DNA of 64,000 nucleotides from a virus: positions 72,486 through 136,485 of the IMG/VR virus record IMGVR_UViG_3300047476_001426. One strand, written 5' to 3'. A program made the position numbers and the translations under genes. Below the pieces are notes generated by a model. The model saw nothing but the letters and a program-made list of their open reading frames with translations, did not search any database and was not told the origin of the DNA. Positions 13,865-24,885 of this stretch are shown here, one piece after another (within the stretch, counting starts at the first letter, position 1; each line of letters starts with the position of its first letter).

Positions 13865-15919
13865 TTATCTAATACCTCTATCACCACCTGACGGGGTTAA
13901 ACCATATCTACTTTTCATTCTATTGGCCCCCGTACCTATACCAAAATTATATTGTTGTAAACAGAATTGTAATTGTTGTCTTTCAGTTTTTGATGCTGTT
14001 GCAACACCTTGTTGTTGGTCTCTCTCATCGATAGTTTTAAATAAAGATTTACAAGACTCACGATTTAAAGTTGTTGTTTTTGTTGCACTAGCCACTTTAG
14101 CGGGTTCGGTCTGAGTTGGTTCAGTTGGTTTGGTTGGTTCAGCTGGTTTTGGTGGGGTTATTGTTGAACCTGTGGTCGTTGTGGTGCCTGTTGTAGGGGT
14201 TGGTGTACCACCCTTACATTTAGTCATTATACCATTATAAGTAAGTTCGTCGATAACGTCCATACCAAATTTATTTCTCATTACAGATAAGGTCAATGGA
14301 CCAAAGTTACCTGTTTGATATTTTGATTCCATACCTAAACATCTTTGTACGTCTTGGATTTTTGGGTTTTTACAACCAAATGTGAATGGGAATTTATCAC
14401 AATATCTATATTTTTCAGGTTGTGGTACAGGTGGAACTGGTACAGGTGGAACTGGTACAGGGGGTTTATCACCATCCCATGTAATTGAAATACCTGATAA
14501 GTCAGCGGTACCACCACCTTGTTCACCACCACCTTTACCTGATTCAATTTTTTTAATCATATCATACATGTCTTGTTTTGCTTCAACTGATGAAGCTTTA
14601 AATGTTGCGATATAATCTAAAGTAGTTTTTAATGGATAATCCATTAATCCCGACCTATTATAAATTTCTAAAAATTTCTTACCTTGACCATTATTTACGT
14701 ATTTCTGTAATAAATTTTTTGCATTTTGTAAATCATCACCTGATACTGGAAAATCCAAATAATCAATCATTCTATCAACGTCATTTGCTAATTCAGATGG
14801 TGCTTCATTCATTTCCATTTCAGGAATTGGTTGAACCACATTATTTTTACATGTCCATGAACCTCTTTTTGTTTTGAAGTCAAGGGTCCATACTCTACCA
14901 TTCATAAAGAATCCTAAACCACCTAAATTGTCATATTCGGGATTACCAGTTTTTTTAACAACTACGACAGGACCTCCACTACCACTTGTAGTTAATTGTC
15001 CCATACCTTTATCCACTAAGTTTCTCAAACAATCCGCCATTCCGTCTGTTAGATTTGGGTCCACTACGTTTCCACCCTCGTCTTCAACGATAACATCACT
15101 ACCATCAGAATCGGTAAAATATGAGTATAACATATAAGCACCACCAGCCAATAATGCCCATTGGATTAATTGTTTAGAAACACGGACTTTTTTAATACCG
15201 TTTTCAATAACAATTTTAGTGGTTTTTTTACCTTGGTCCATAATCTTTTTTAACCATTCATGATATTTTTTACCACCACCCACTATTAATTTTTGACCTT
15301 GTTCAATTTTCGCAATTTCAGCTGCCGTTTTTTCAGCATCTTTAACTGTAGTGGTTGCCGCTTTACCAGCCTCGGCACCCGTTTTAACGGTTTTACTAGC
15401 ATCCGCAACACCTTTATTTAAAAGATTTGTTATTTCTGCGGTCTTTCTACCTGTGGCTTTAGAGGCTAATTCGGCAAATTCTTTACCGGTAATACCCATT
15501 TCCGTATAATATTTAGAAACCGCTTTAAGGGCTTCAGGATTACCTTTTTGGGCCAATGACAATGCTCTCTCAATATTTTTTGCAAAATTTCCTTTAACAA
15601 TTGAATTGATAAATTTAATTCTATTTGAACCCTTTAATGAGGGAATAAATTCTTTCATTGCAACTTTTAATTCTTGTTGAGATGCTTTATTTATTAAAGC
15701 GATTGCCTCATCAACAGATTTTGCGTTTTTTAAGAATTTTATGTTACGTAGTACACCTAAAGCTTCTTCTCCTGATTTGGTAAAGGCCATTAATAATTCC
15801 TTAAAACCTTGTTCTCTACCTTCTTCTAATGAGGTTTCCTCTTCGATGTTATCTTTTACTTCATAAGACTCAACAAGATTTATGAACTTTCTAATCAGTA
15901 ATGTGTCTTTGTTTTCCAT
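13865..15919 (-). CDS. Large probable virion protein with TM segment, Pro/Thr linkers and peptidoglycan-binding-like repeat
   Basis: 684 aa; WALLAGGAYMLY; PVPPVPVPP; IQDVQRCLGM..GNFGPLT. Confidence 0.7.
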   Translation of the reverse strand: MENKDTLLIRKFINLVESYEVKDNIEEETSLEEGREQGFKELLMAFTKSGEEALGVLRNIKFLKNAKSVDEAIALINKASQQELKVAMKEFIPSLKGSNRIKFINSIVKGNFAKNIERALSLAQKGNPEALKAVSKYYTEMGITGKEFAELASKATGRKTAEITNLLNKGVADASKTVKTGAEAGKAATTTVKDAEKTAAEIAKIEQGQKLIVGGGKKYHEWLKKIMDQGKKTTKIVIENGIKKVRVSKQLIQWALLAGGAYMLYSYFTDSDGSDVIVEDEGGNVVDPNLTDGMADCLRNLVDKGMGQLTTSGSGGPVVVVKKTGNPEYDNLGGLGFFMNGRVWTLDFKTKRGSWTCKNNVVQPIPEMEMNEAPSELANDVDRMIDYLDFPVSGDDLQNAKNLLQKYVNNGQGKKFLEIYNRSGLMDYPLKTTLDYIATFKASSVEAKQDMYDMIKKIESGKGGGEQGGGTADLSGISITWDGDKPPVPVPPVPVPPVPQPEKYRYCDKFPFTFGCKNPKIQDVQRCLGMESKYQTGNFGPLTLSVMRNKFGMDVIDELTYNGIMTKCKGGTPTPTTGTTTTTGSTITPPKPAEPTKPTEPTQTEPAKVASATKTTTLNRESCKSLFKTIDERDQQQGVATASKTERQQLQFCLQQYNFGIGTGANRMKSRYGLTPSGGDRGIR

Positions 15920-15939
15920 TTTTTAATTTTTCTTATTTT

Positions 15940-17202
15940 TTATTTTGGTTGATTTTCATATTGTTTAATTATTTGGTCAACATCACCGTCTATTCTTGTA
16001 GACATTGCTGTACCTAATTGTTGGACATTTTCTCCTTCTTTTTTTCCCGCGTAGTAGTTACCTAATTTTTCCGCCCCACCGAATAAACCATAAGACCCAA
16101 CTCCCCACTTAGCACCTTTAAATGCCGCCCTTTCGAGCTCTGCAGCTGTTTTACCACCTTTAAATGCGGTTTTTAAAGGATTTACAATATCTGTTTTTAC
16201 ACCCTGTTTAGCGGTTTTAATGATTCCAGGTCCCTTTGTTGCGGTATTAAAAGTGTTTGTCAATGTTTCAACAATTTTATCTAATTTGCTTTTAGCTGTG
16301 TTTACCATTTGATTAATTTTAGGTCCACCAAAAGTTTTTGTTAACCATTGAATTGGTTTCATTATCATGTTACCAATGAAACTAACACCTTTAGCCAATA
16401 ATTGTATTAATTGTTTAATACCTGGTAGTTTTGCTAATTTTGCAATACTTCTACCCGTTGATTTAATTCCTGCTTTAAGTGCCTTAGCAGCACCACCTGT
16501 AGCGAGTAATCCAAGTAAACAAACGCCGATATCTAAATAACTCCAAATATCGTCTTTAAGTTTTCCTGTAGCTAACTGATATATTTTCCAAATACCAAGA
16601 GCACCCCATAAGATTGCCCCCGCGATTTTACCAACACCGATAGCACTTAACGCTACTTCAATACCGATGGTGACTGGATTTAATAAGAATCCTTCTAGTT
16701 GTTCGAAAAACCATGGTAAACCTTTATTTAAAACCCAACTAGCGGCATCCTTAACACTGTCCCAAACTTTACCCGCAACTGATTTAATTCCATCCCAAGT
16801 ATCTCCAAGCCAACCTTCCACCAAATCATTTGGTGTTATTGGTAACATGTCTAACATTTTGGTTTTTACGAAATCCCAAGACTCTATTATTGTTTTATAC
16901 GTAGATAAACTAAAAGTTTCTGAAGATTCATAGATTAAATTCATTCCATATCTAACTTCATACTCCGAAACTATACCTTTATCGTGGCTTATTAACGGGT
17001 AAATTAATTGTTTCATCTTACGAAACAATTCATTATTTTCTATTAATTTGTGTTTGTAACTGTACGCGAATTGACTCTTAAACATTTCACAAATAAATGC
17101 CGGATGTGCAGAATCTAAAGTAAACTTTAGACCCGTTTCTAAATCCACAACCATATTTTCTAGTTGTAGGTATCTTTTATCTTTACTTACATCAAAAACC
17201 AT
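15940..17202 (-). CDS. Probable virion protein with Gly/Ala-rich hydrophobic helices
   Basis: 420 aa; two hydrophobic segments; amphipathic WDxxK repeats. Confidence 0.7.
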   Translation of the reverse strand: MVFDVSKDKRYLQLENMVVDLETGLKFTLDSAHPAFICEMFKSQFAYSYKHKLIENNELFRKMKQLIYPLISHDKGIVSEYEVRYGMNLIYESSETFSLSTYKTIIESWDFVKTKMLDMLPITPNDLVEGWLGDTWDGIKSVAGKVWDSVKDAASWVLNKGLPWFFEQLEGFLLNPVTIGIEVALSAIGVGKIAGAILWGALGIWKIYQLATGKLKDDIWSYLDIGVCLLGLLATGGAAKALKAGIKSTGRSIAKLAKLPGIKQLIQLLAKGVSFIGNMIMKPIQWLTKTFGGPKINQMVNTAKSKLDKIVETLTNTFNTATKGPGIIKTAKQGVKTDIVNPLKTAFKGGKTAAELERAAFKGAKWGVGSYGLFGGAEKLGNYYAGKKEGENVQQLGTAMSTRIDGDVDQIIKQYENQPK

Positions 17203-17243
17203 TTATTTTGAACTTTATAATATAAATATCACAGATATTTGAT

Positions 17244-17498
17244 TTATTTAAGTGGATTACCTTTACTTCTTTTCAAAAGTGAACCAACAACATCTGACCA
17301 TTTGGTCACACCAACTTGATTACCTGGCCCTCTTGTCACACCACTTTCCCATTTACCCACTTCAGGATATCCTTGTTTACTACCTGAACTACCAACACCA
17401 CTTGTTGGTTGTGCTGCAGATGGGTCGTCACCTTGTTCATCCAATTGATTATCCCCAAATATTAATTTGTATTGTTTTTCAGAAATTATGATTTTCAT
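17244..17498 (-). CDS. Small protein with KIIISEKQ leader
   Basis: Start at MKIIISEKQY. Confidence 0.65.
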   Translation of the reverse strand: MKIIISEKQYKLIFGDNQLDEQGDDPSAAQPTSGVGSSGSKQGYPEVGKWESGVTRGPGNQVGVTKWSDVVGSLLKRSKGNPLK

Positions 17499-17499
17499 T

Positions 17500-17868
17500 T
17501 TATTCGTCGTATATGGTGTTGTCCTTTTTTGAGAACATTTTAATGAATTGTCCAGCTTTAGAGTTTGCTTCATCTTCAATTTCACCTCCAATATCGGGTG
17601 GTTGTACTTTCAATCTACCCTGTTCATATTGTTTATGGTGTACCATTTCGTGTGCTATACTTCTTAAAATATCCACAAGGGCTCTGTTTTTAACGTTGAT
17701 ACGAACCACTTGAGGTTCTTTAGAGTGATTATAACTTGCGGTAGTTTTTAATTTACCTCTTCCATTTTGTAGGACGATAACGGGACATTTTTCTAAGTCA
17801 AGTTCTTCTTTAACGAATTTGACAAAGTCCGAAATTTTTTCTTTTTTATTATCACCTAAAAAATCCAT
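17500..17868 (-). CDS. Zincin-like metallopeptidase domain protein
   Basis: AHEMVH..Q and downstream E.EAN. Confidence 0.7.
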   Translation of the reverse strand: MDFLGDNKKEKISDFVKFVKEELDLEKCPVIVLQNGRGKLKTTASYNHSKEPQVVRINVKNRALVDILRSIAHEMVHHKQYEQGRLKVQPPDIGGEIEDEANSKAGQFIKMFSKKDNTIYDE

Positions 17869-17946
17869 ACTTATAAATATTCTCTTCTCTTTAATTTATC
17901 CTATACTATATATACAAATAACTTATTAATTGATATAATTACTGGT

Positions 17947-18276
17947 ATGATGGATTGGTATACTATAGAATATTTGTACCCGAGAGCACTGGATGTCTTC
18001 GCAAAAATGATGTTCCCAAATGTGGGTTTACCGTGTTTATCCATATTGCATTACTATGATATTAAAAAATTATACAAATTTTTTGATAAAAACGGTATCT
18101 ATTTGACTGTTGAAATGATGACTAAAAACAACTGGGTTTACAGTGTTTCATTAAATGAGGGTAAAATATTTTACCCGTGCCAAGATTCCCAAACAAATAG
18201 AGAATCAATAGAAGAACAAGGATTTATGGAGTGTTTTAGGTTGTTAGAAATGAAACTAAAACCTGATGAGGATTAA
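17947..18276 (+). CDS. Hypothetical protein
   Basis: 109 aa ORF. Confidence 0.7.
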   Translation: MMDWYTIEYLYPRALDVFAKMMFPNVGLPCLSILHYYDIKKLYKFFDKNGIYLTVEMMTKNNWVYSVSLNEGKIFYPCQDSQTNRESIEEQGFMECFRLLEMKLKPDED

Positions 18277-18497
18277 ATTTTATTTTTAACTTTTCGTGAA
18301 AATAAAATATAGGATAACCAAAAACATCCTGAAATGCAGTAAAAAATTATATCTGCAACCCAATACGAACCAGTGACCTCCATCAATAACTTGAATAAAG
18401 CGTCGTACCCGAATGGGAGAAAAAACATCGCTAGCATTAGTGATGTATCTCGATAAAGGGTCAATCTCGTCTCCTTGTGTCTCAGTTTTCGTATCAC
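18273..18497 (-). CDS. Small membrane protein
   Basis: Two hydrophobic segments; start uncertain. Confidence 0.5.
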   Translation of the reverse strand: MIRKLRHKETRLTLYRDTSLMLAMFFLPFGYDALFKLLMEVTGSYWVADIIFYCISGCFWLSYILFSRKVKNKI

Positions 18498-18563
18498 TAT
18501 CGGGGTCCATAAGGGTGTATTAAAATACTTATGACTTAAAGTCTGTTTTTATTAAATATTAGA

Positions 18564-19484
18564 TTACTCTAACATTTTTTTAATTCCGTCCCTCAAAATT
18601 ACAAAATTATTGTAATTTGTACAGTTTTTTAATTCAGTTAAATCGGGTTTTCTCCACTTTGTATCGTTTTTCCACGCCTCCTTATATGAAACATTAAATT
18701 CAACACCCATGATTTCATGAATAATTTTGGATAGTTCTCCAATTGTTATTTCTTCATCAAAACCGATATTTAAAATTTTATTGTTGGTGTTTTCAATTAA
18801 TTGTGTCATGATTTCAGCGTGGTCACTTACATAACAAAAAGAACGAGTTTGTTTACCATCCCCAAACAAATAAAAAGGTTCACCTGATTTAATTCTTTCG
18901 ATAAATTCGGGTATTACTTGACCATAACCATTTGTTGCCATTCTTGGGCCATATGTGTTAAATGGACGGACAATTAAATAATCTTTATCGTTTTCCTTAG
19001 CCCATAATCTAACCAAATATTCGCCTATGGCTTTAGATGATGCGTAAGAATCTCTATCGGCCATAGAATCTAAAATAATATATTCACTCTCTTTAGTTGG
19101 TACCTTGGGTTCTGGTCCATATACTTCTGAAGATGATGCATATACCACTTTTTTAACAGAACTACCACAAGAACTTAGTATATTCTGAGTTAAAACGATA
19201 TTGTCATTACAAACTTTATATGGAATATCGTAAAAATATTTTGTACCATTTATTGCGGCATAATGAACAACAATCTCGGGATACTCAATATCCATAATAA
19301 TTTTTGTCTGACTTAAATTCCTTAAATCTAATTCATAAAATCTAAAATTTTCGTGGATTGGTATATTAGACTTCTTACCTCTAAAAAAATTATCGACACC
19401 AACAACTTGATGTCCATTGGAAAGAAGTGAATCACATAAATGAGAACCTAAAAAACCTGCAGCCCCTGTTACTAATATTTTCAC
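18564..19484 (-). CDS. NAD-dependent epimerase/dehydratase, UDP-glucuronate decarboxylase-like
   Basis: GAAGFLG, SSSEVYG, YASSK, RPFNTYGPRM, GDGKQTRSFCYV. Confidence 0.88.
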   Translation of the reverse strand: MKILVTGAAGFLGSHLCDSLLSNGHQVVGVDNFFRGKKSNIPIHENFRFYELDLRNLSQTKIIMDIEYPEIVVHYAAINGTKYFYDIPYKVCNDNIVLTQNILSSCGSSVKKVVYASSSEVYGPEPKVPTKESEYIILDSMADRDSYASSKAIGEYLVRLWAKENDKDYLIVRPFNTYGPRMATNGYGQVIPEFIERIKSGEPFYLFGDGKQTRSFCYVSDHAEIMTQLIENTNNKILNIGFDEEITIGELSKIIHEIMGVEFNVSYKEAWKNDTKWRKPDLTELKNCTNYNNFVILRDGIKKMLE

Positions 19485-19485
19485 T

Positions 19486-20283
19486 TTACTTTCTCATCCC
19501 TTTTGGGACTTTTTTTATGAATTTATCATTTTCTTTATCTATGAATTTGAAAATTTCTACATCGATATTGTACTTATCACACAAAACCTTCATTGCCTTT
19601 GTGTCTTTAGGTAAACATACACCAGCATATCCACCAAATTCGTCATTAACATTCAAATAATGACTTTCTCCAACACCATGAAATAAAAACGCATCTTTTA
19701 TTGCTCCGTAATTTGCACCAAAGTGTTGACACACTCGGTGAAATGAATTTGCAAATGTTATTTTAGTTGCTTTATAGGTGTTTGAGAAATATTTCATTAA
19801 CTCGGCTTCAACAGTTTTCATTTTGACTCTATGTACAGGAAGAGTACCATGACTTTCAACTATTAAATCATAATCCGAGTCATTATCTACACCAACAACA
19901 AGAATATTATTGTTAAAAACAAAATCATTGAATGCACAACGTTCTTTCAAAAACTCAGGTACAAATGCAAACCTCAAATTTGAATATTGTAGTTTTAGTT
20001 TATCCGTGGTTCCCGGTTCTACCGTGCTTTTAATTGCAATTAATCCTGTGTAGTTTAAATCATTCAATTGACCAACAACACTATTCACTGCTGTCAAATC
20101 ACATTCCTCATTTAAACCGATTAATGTGCTCACTGTTAAATAAGTGATTTCACAACCTAAAACATCTTCTATTTTTGTCTCAGGCATTTTTATATCATAT
20201 GCAGATACTTCATGTCCTATGTATTCAAAACCATCTTTGATGGCTTGACCTACAACACCGATACCTATGACTCCAATTTTCAT
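19486..20283 (-). CDS. UDP-glucose/GDP-mannose 6-dehydrogenase (short form)
   Basis: GIGVVG, PEFLKE, KYFSN, GYAGVCLPKD. Confidence 0.88.
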   Translation of the reverse strand: MKIGVIGIGVVGQAIKDGFEYIGHEVSAYDIKMPETKIEDVLGCEITYLTVSTLIGLNEECDLTAVNSVVGQLNDLNYTGLIAIKSTVEPGTTDKLKLQYSNLRFAFVPEFLKERCAFNDFVFNNNILVVGVDNDSDYDLIVESHGTLPVHRVKMKTVEAELMKYFSNTYKATKITFANSFHRVCQHFGANYGAIKDAFLFHGVGESHYLNVNDEFGGYAGVCLPKDTKAMKVLCDKYNIDVEIFKFIDKENDKFIKKVPKGMRK

Positions 20284-20287
20284 AAAA

Positions 20288-21979
20288 TTAATTTTCTCTT
20301 CTTTCGTTGGGTTGATAGTGTTTAATTCTATCGTGCCAAATCGGAGATGCTAATAACACCGCCGGTTTTAGTTTATTTTCTTTTGTTAATTGATACATAT
20401 ACGACATCCAAGTTTGTTCATACGGATGTGCCCATGTGGTTTCAATAAACATTTTATAATTACCTTCTTTGCTAACAATCATTGGCCAGTTTGCGTAATA
20501 GATTTCACCATCTATATACGATAAACCATCCATACTTCTAATATTCTTAAACTCTGTTAATGGTACATTAGGGTCCAAACCTGTTACGGGTAATTTGTCA
20601 TAATGTGGCCAATCTCTTGTTCTAATATGTTGAGGTACGTTGTACCAAGAACATTGTTTATCATTATCAAAATACACCTCAGTGAAGGATAATTTTAAGA
20701 AATCAAATTGTTCCTTCAACATTATTCTGTGAACCAAATTATATAGATTTGGGATGTATTTTCTAAAACCATTTCTACAGAATTGACCTTCAATTTCAGG
20801 AGGATTAACCGTCATATCATCTTCAAAGAAGAACATAAAATCGGCATCAGAATTATGAAAATGTTCTGCGGCTGCTTGTCTACCACCACAAATTCCGGTG
20901 TTACCACCTAAACTAATGTACTCAAATTTATAATGCTCCGCAATCTCTCTATTATTGTCTCGAGCTTCTTCGGTTGTTGAATTATCAAGTAAAACCAAAT
21001 GAGGTCTATTCAACCAATCAGGTGTCTTTTCCATTGACGCAATGGTGTGTAGAACCTGTTCAGCGAAATTAAATGTTAAGACATATAGGTTTGTTTTAAC
21101 CTTTTCAACATCCCTATCTGTGTACTTAATAAATTTTTGGGATTCAGTTATTTTAGGTGCAACAATATCTACTTTTTCATCAATAACCGCTTGAGTGAAT
21201 TTAACAATCAAACCATTACCATCCAACTCAAACCTTTTATACAAATGAGGTTCATTATATGACATCAAAGTGAAGATACTTTCCTCTGTACCCATGTAAC
21301 CAGTATTCAATGTATTAGTCAACATTGAATAATATGTTGCATTTGCTTCGTGTATTTGTTGTTTGTGTCCACCGAATAAACCACCTCGACAAACGTATTC
21401 TACGTTCGCACGTGCAATCTTATTCATCTCACTAAAAGTAAATCCGTGGATTTCAGTTTCGGCTTGATATGGGTAACTTAAAAACAAGAAAGGATTACCA
21501 TATTGTGGTAACTTATCTAAAATGTTATTTTCAGTTATATGGGTATGTGGAACAGTATTTGTTATTCCCGCATCCAACCAAAAGAAATACTCAGTGTCAA
21601 ACGGATTCCAAATGGATGCGTCGTTTAACATGAACATTTTTGATTGTACAATTGGATTATAATACTCCAATACCGCTTGGGGTGAACCCGATAACCAACC
21701 AGCTTGATTTAACCAATCAGGGTTTGTTCTAATTTGTTGTGTTTTATCCCAAAAAGGACTATATAAATTCTTAACGTCCTCAAGTTCTGTTATCCTAACA
21801 TAGGTGTTTTCTCTTGTCCTTTTTTCCCAAACCAAATATTCATATTCCGCGGGAATGTAAATAAATAAGTTTTGAGGAATATCCAAGAACATTTTAAAGT
21901 GTTCTATATAGTGAGAGAAATCCCTACCGGGTCTACCTATATTCCACAATCCTGTTACTATGGTTAAATTATTGTTCAT
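20288..21979 (-). CDS. HtrL/WlaTC-like domain fused to GT2-like glycosyltransferase
   Basis: TIVTGLWNIGR..SKMFML..NPFDTEYFFWLDAG; C-terminal FFEDD. Confidence 0.7.
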   Translation of the reverse strand: MNNNLTIVTGLWNIGRPGRDFSHYIEHFKMFLDIPQNLFIYIPAEYEYLVWEKRTRENTYVRITELEDVKNLYSPFWDKTQQIRTNPDWLNQAGWLSGSPQAVLEYYNPIVQSKMFMLNDASIWNPFDTEYFFWLDAGITNTVPHTHITENNILDKLPQYGNPFLFLSYPYQAETEIHGFTFSEMNKIARANVEYVCRGGLFGGHKQQIHEANATYYSMLTNTLNTGYMGTEESIFTLMSYNEPHLYKRFELDGNGLIVKFTQAVIDEKVDIVAPKITESQKFIKYTDRDVEKVKTNLYVLTFNFAEQVLHTIASMEKTPDWLNRPHLVLLDNSTTEEARDNNREIAEHYKFEYISLGGNTGICGGRQAAAEHFHNSDADFMFFFEDDMTVNPPEIEGQFCRNGFRKYIPNLYNLVHRIMLKEQFDFLKLSFTEVYFDNDKQCSWYNVPQHIRTRDWPHYDKLPVTGLDPNVPLTEFKNIRSMDGLSYIDGEIYYANWPMIVSKEGNYKMFIETTWAHPYEQTWMSYMYQLTKENKLKPAVLLASPIWHDRIKHYQPNERREN

Positions 21980-22754
21980 CTTTATTTTTTAATTTCTCAT
22001 ATACTTTGTTTATACCTCTTTCTAAACCAACATATTCAATACCCAAATCAACAAACTGACCTTTATATGGTGTCGAATTTTCACCATCAATCACAATGGG
22101 TAATGAATAACTACTTAGATTATTTATCATCTCAGCAATCTCAATTGTTTTATATGTTTTATCATATGTGCATTCATATGTCTTTGGTAATTTATTACTA
22201 TCACTAAAAATATAATGTTTTACTAACGTTGTAAAGTCTTCCGAATAAAAAAAATCCATTTCTTTATTATCGAAAACTTTTAAAGGTTCTTTTTTGATGT
22301 ATCTCAGAATGTTTGATTTTATAAATCGAGTCTCCATTTCGTTTTCATCAAATACCGCAAATATTCTAATGTCAAAGAAATTTTCTTTTTCTTTTATAGA
22401 ATTATGAATAACTTTTTTACTTAAACCATATGGTGAATCAGATTTATATATTTCCGCACCTGAACCAAAATGAATAAATCGACCATACTTATTTTGACAA
22501 TTTAATAAATTATAATACATTTTTAAATTGTCGTCCATCACCGTAAAATCATCCATTTTTAATCTACTACCACCCACAACAGCACAATGAATAACAACAT
22601 CAAAATATCTATTTGAGAAAAATTTTAACGTTTCAAACGAATCAGTTAAATCAAAATCCTTTCTTGAAATTTTGGTGATTTCCAAAGAATTTTTAAAATT
22701 TTCAAAAATAATTTTTGAAATATATCCTTCTCCACCTGTTAATAAAATTTTCAT
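21969..22754 (-). CDS. NAD-dependent epimerase/reductase
   Basis: LTGGEGYIS, YGLSK. Confidence 0.8.
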   Translation of the reverse strand: MKILLTGGEGYISKIIFENFKNSLEITKISRKDFDLTDSFETLKFFSNRYFDVVIHCAVVGGSRLKMDDFTVMDDNLKMYYNLLNCQNKYGRFIHFGSGAEIYKSDSPYGLSKKVIHNSIKEKENFFDIRIFAVFDENEMETRFIKSNILRYIKKEPLKVFDNKEMDFFYSEDFTTLVKHYIFSDSNKLPKTYECTYDKTYKTIEIAEMINNLSSYSLPIVIDGENSTPYKGQFVDLGIEYVGLERGINKVYEKLKNKDEQ

Positions 22755-24514
22755 TCCATTATTTGTTTCATTTGTTCTTCTGACAAATACGGATACATAT
22801 TTTCTAAAGAATTGGATATTATTTTTCCGTCTTCAGTTTTGGAACTTTGGACTCTTGGTATCAATAATTGATTCTCATTCATCATAATTTCACAAATAAT
22901 TGGTCCGTCGTAATTCAAAACTTTATCAATACTATTTGAAAGTTCTATTTCATCCTTAAACCGAATAGATTTAATACCATACGCATCTGAAACTTTTAAA
23001 AAATCTGGTGAACTAACTCCTGATTCCTTATTTGACCCAACATAATTACCATTAAACAAATTTTCTTGCATTAATGAGATGGCTAAATACCCATTATTAT
23101 TTAAAATGAATATTTTGATTGGAATTTTATAATGGACAATTGTTTGTAGTTCTTGAATGTTCATTTGAAATCCACCATCACCCGCAATTAAAATCACATT
23201 TTTTGTTTTATCACCGTAATAAGCACCGATTGAGCCAGGTAATCCAAAACCCATAGAACAACACGCACTTGATGTGAATAATCTATTTTTACCATTCGTT
23301 TTTAATGATTGCATCGTACAAGTGTAACTCGTACCCATATCGGTCACTACGACATCATTATCTTTTAATTTTTTGGATAATATTTCCATAAAAGTAAAAG
23401 AATTAATTTTATCTTTAATTTTTACGTGAGGTTCTTTAAAAACTGGATAATCCCTTTTCCAATCCAGTGTTTTTTTAATCCATGAATCAAATTTTGGAAT
23501 TTCTTTATATGATAATTTTATTAAAAAATCATCAATAAAAGATTTTAAATCGGTAACAATTTTATGTTCGATTTTTATTGTATGTTTATTCATTTCATTT
23601 TCGTCAATATCAACCATTATTTTAATTGATTTTGGTGAAAACTTGTTAGTTTGATATCCTGTGTTGGGGATGGATAATCTACTACCCAAAATTATTAACA
23701 AGTCAGAATTTTGTATAGCAAAATTAGCGGACCTCTCACCCAATAGACCAAAATTACCAACGTATAAATCATCATAACTATCAAATAAATCTTTAGATGT
23801 CCAAGTTGAAACTATTGGTATTTTAATTTTGTTTTTTAACTTGTGAAAAATATCTTCGCTACGAGAAAGGTGTATACCATTACCTGTAACGATTAAAGGT
23901 TTTTTCGAATTAATTAATAATCTATAAATCTCATCAAAATCATAGTTTAATATTTTTTCTACCTTTTCTTCTACAATATTTTCTACATCAATGTCCATAC
24001 TTTGTATGTCCAATGGAACATCAATCCACACAGGACCCATTCTACCTGAAGTTGCTTCCATGTATGCTCTATTTAGGTGATACTCCACTAAATTTTTATC
24101 GGTTATTTGAACAGAGTATTTTGTAATAGATGACACCATTTTTATGATGTCACATTCTTGTACCCCTAATTGTCTTAAGTTTTTGTCCTCTAAACTATTA
24201 AGAGATTGATTAGTTGGTACTTGACCTGAAATAACGACCATTGGGATAGAGTCTTGATACGCTCCTAAAACACCGGTTATTGTATTAGTAGAACCCGGTC
24301 CGTTTGTTACTAAAACACATGCGGGTTTATTTGTAATTCTTGAATATCCTTCAGCAGACATTGCGGACGATTGTTCATGGTAATTGCAAATGTGTGTGAA
24401 TCCAAATTTGGATGATGAATTTAATAAATGAGCAGCGGCACCGCCCGAAACTGAAAATATGGTATCAACACCTTTATTTTTTAAAAAATTAAATATAAAA
24501 TCAGAAACTTTCAT
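22751..24514 (-). CDS. ThDP-dependent acetolactate-synthase-like enzyme (YerE-like)
   Basis: HEQ, TNGPG, GDGGFQMNIQEL..NN motifs, within a sugar locus. Confidence 0.88.
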   Translation of the reverse strand: MKVSDFIFNFLKNKGVDTIFSVSGGAAAHLLNSSSKFGFTHICNYHEQSSAMSAEGYSRITNKPACVLVTNGPGSTNTITGVLGAYQDSIPMVVISGQVPTNQSLNSLEDKNLRQLGVQECDIIKMVSSITKYSVQITDKNLVEYHLNRAYMEATSGRMGPVWIDVPLDIQSMDIDVENIVEEKVEKILNYDFDEIYRLLINSKKPLIVTGNGIHLSRSEDIFHKLKNKIKIPIVSTWTSKDLFDSYDDLYVGNFGLLGERSANFAIQNSDLLIILGSRLSIPNTGYQTNKFSPKSIKIMVDIDENEMNKHTIKIEHKIVTDLKSFIDDFLIKLSYKEIPKFDSWIKKTLDWKRDYPVFKEPHVKIKDKINSFTFMEILSKKLKDNDVVVTDMGTSYTCTMQSLKTNGKNRLFTSSACCSMGFGLPGSIGAYYGDKTKNVILIAGDGGFQMNIQELQTIVHYKIPIKIFILNNNGYLAISLMQENLFNGNYVGSNKESGVSSPDFLKVSDAYGIKSIRFKDEIELSNSIDKVLNYDGPIICEIMMNENQLLIPRVQSSKTEDGKIISNSLENMYPYLSEEQMKQIME

Positions 24515-24884
24515 CTATAAATTTTATTGTATCACCCCAATTCTCAAATCTAAAACCATTATCGTCAACATATAAGAAAGCCCTCGGTTTTTCTGATGTG
24601 ATTTCATGAACACATTCTAAAATGCCGTATTTATCTAACCATTCGGAAACCAATTCTTTTCCTGTTTTACCATTAACCAATGGTCTATCACTTTTTGCCT
24701 TTGCGGTGAAAATTATTATTTTATATTTTTTTGATAATTTTTTTATTGATTCTATTGAACCTTCAATCGGTTCACCGTAACAAGTACCATCATGGTAACC
24801 CTTATCAAAATTGTGAATCACACCATCAAAGTCTATTGCAATATTATTTTTATCGTTTTGAAAATTTGGGGGAAAACTATTCAT
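24501..24884 (-). CDS. HAD-superfamily phosphatase-like protein
   Basis: IAIDFDGVI, FTA, YVDD. Confidence 0.8.
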   Translation of the reverse strand: MNSFPPNFQNDKNNIAIDFDGVIHNFDKGYHDGTCYGEPIEGSIESIKKLSKKYKIIIFTAKAKSDRPLVNGKTGKELVSEWLDKYGILECVHEITSEKPRAFLYVDDNGFRFENWGDTIKFIDESF

Positions 24885-24885
24885 T

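Noticed and set aside
14424-14462. 15-bp tandem repeat GGTACAGGTGGAACT
   Set aside because: Simply encodes the PVPPV linker of the 684-aa protein
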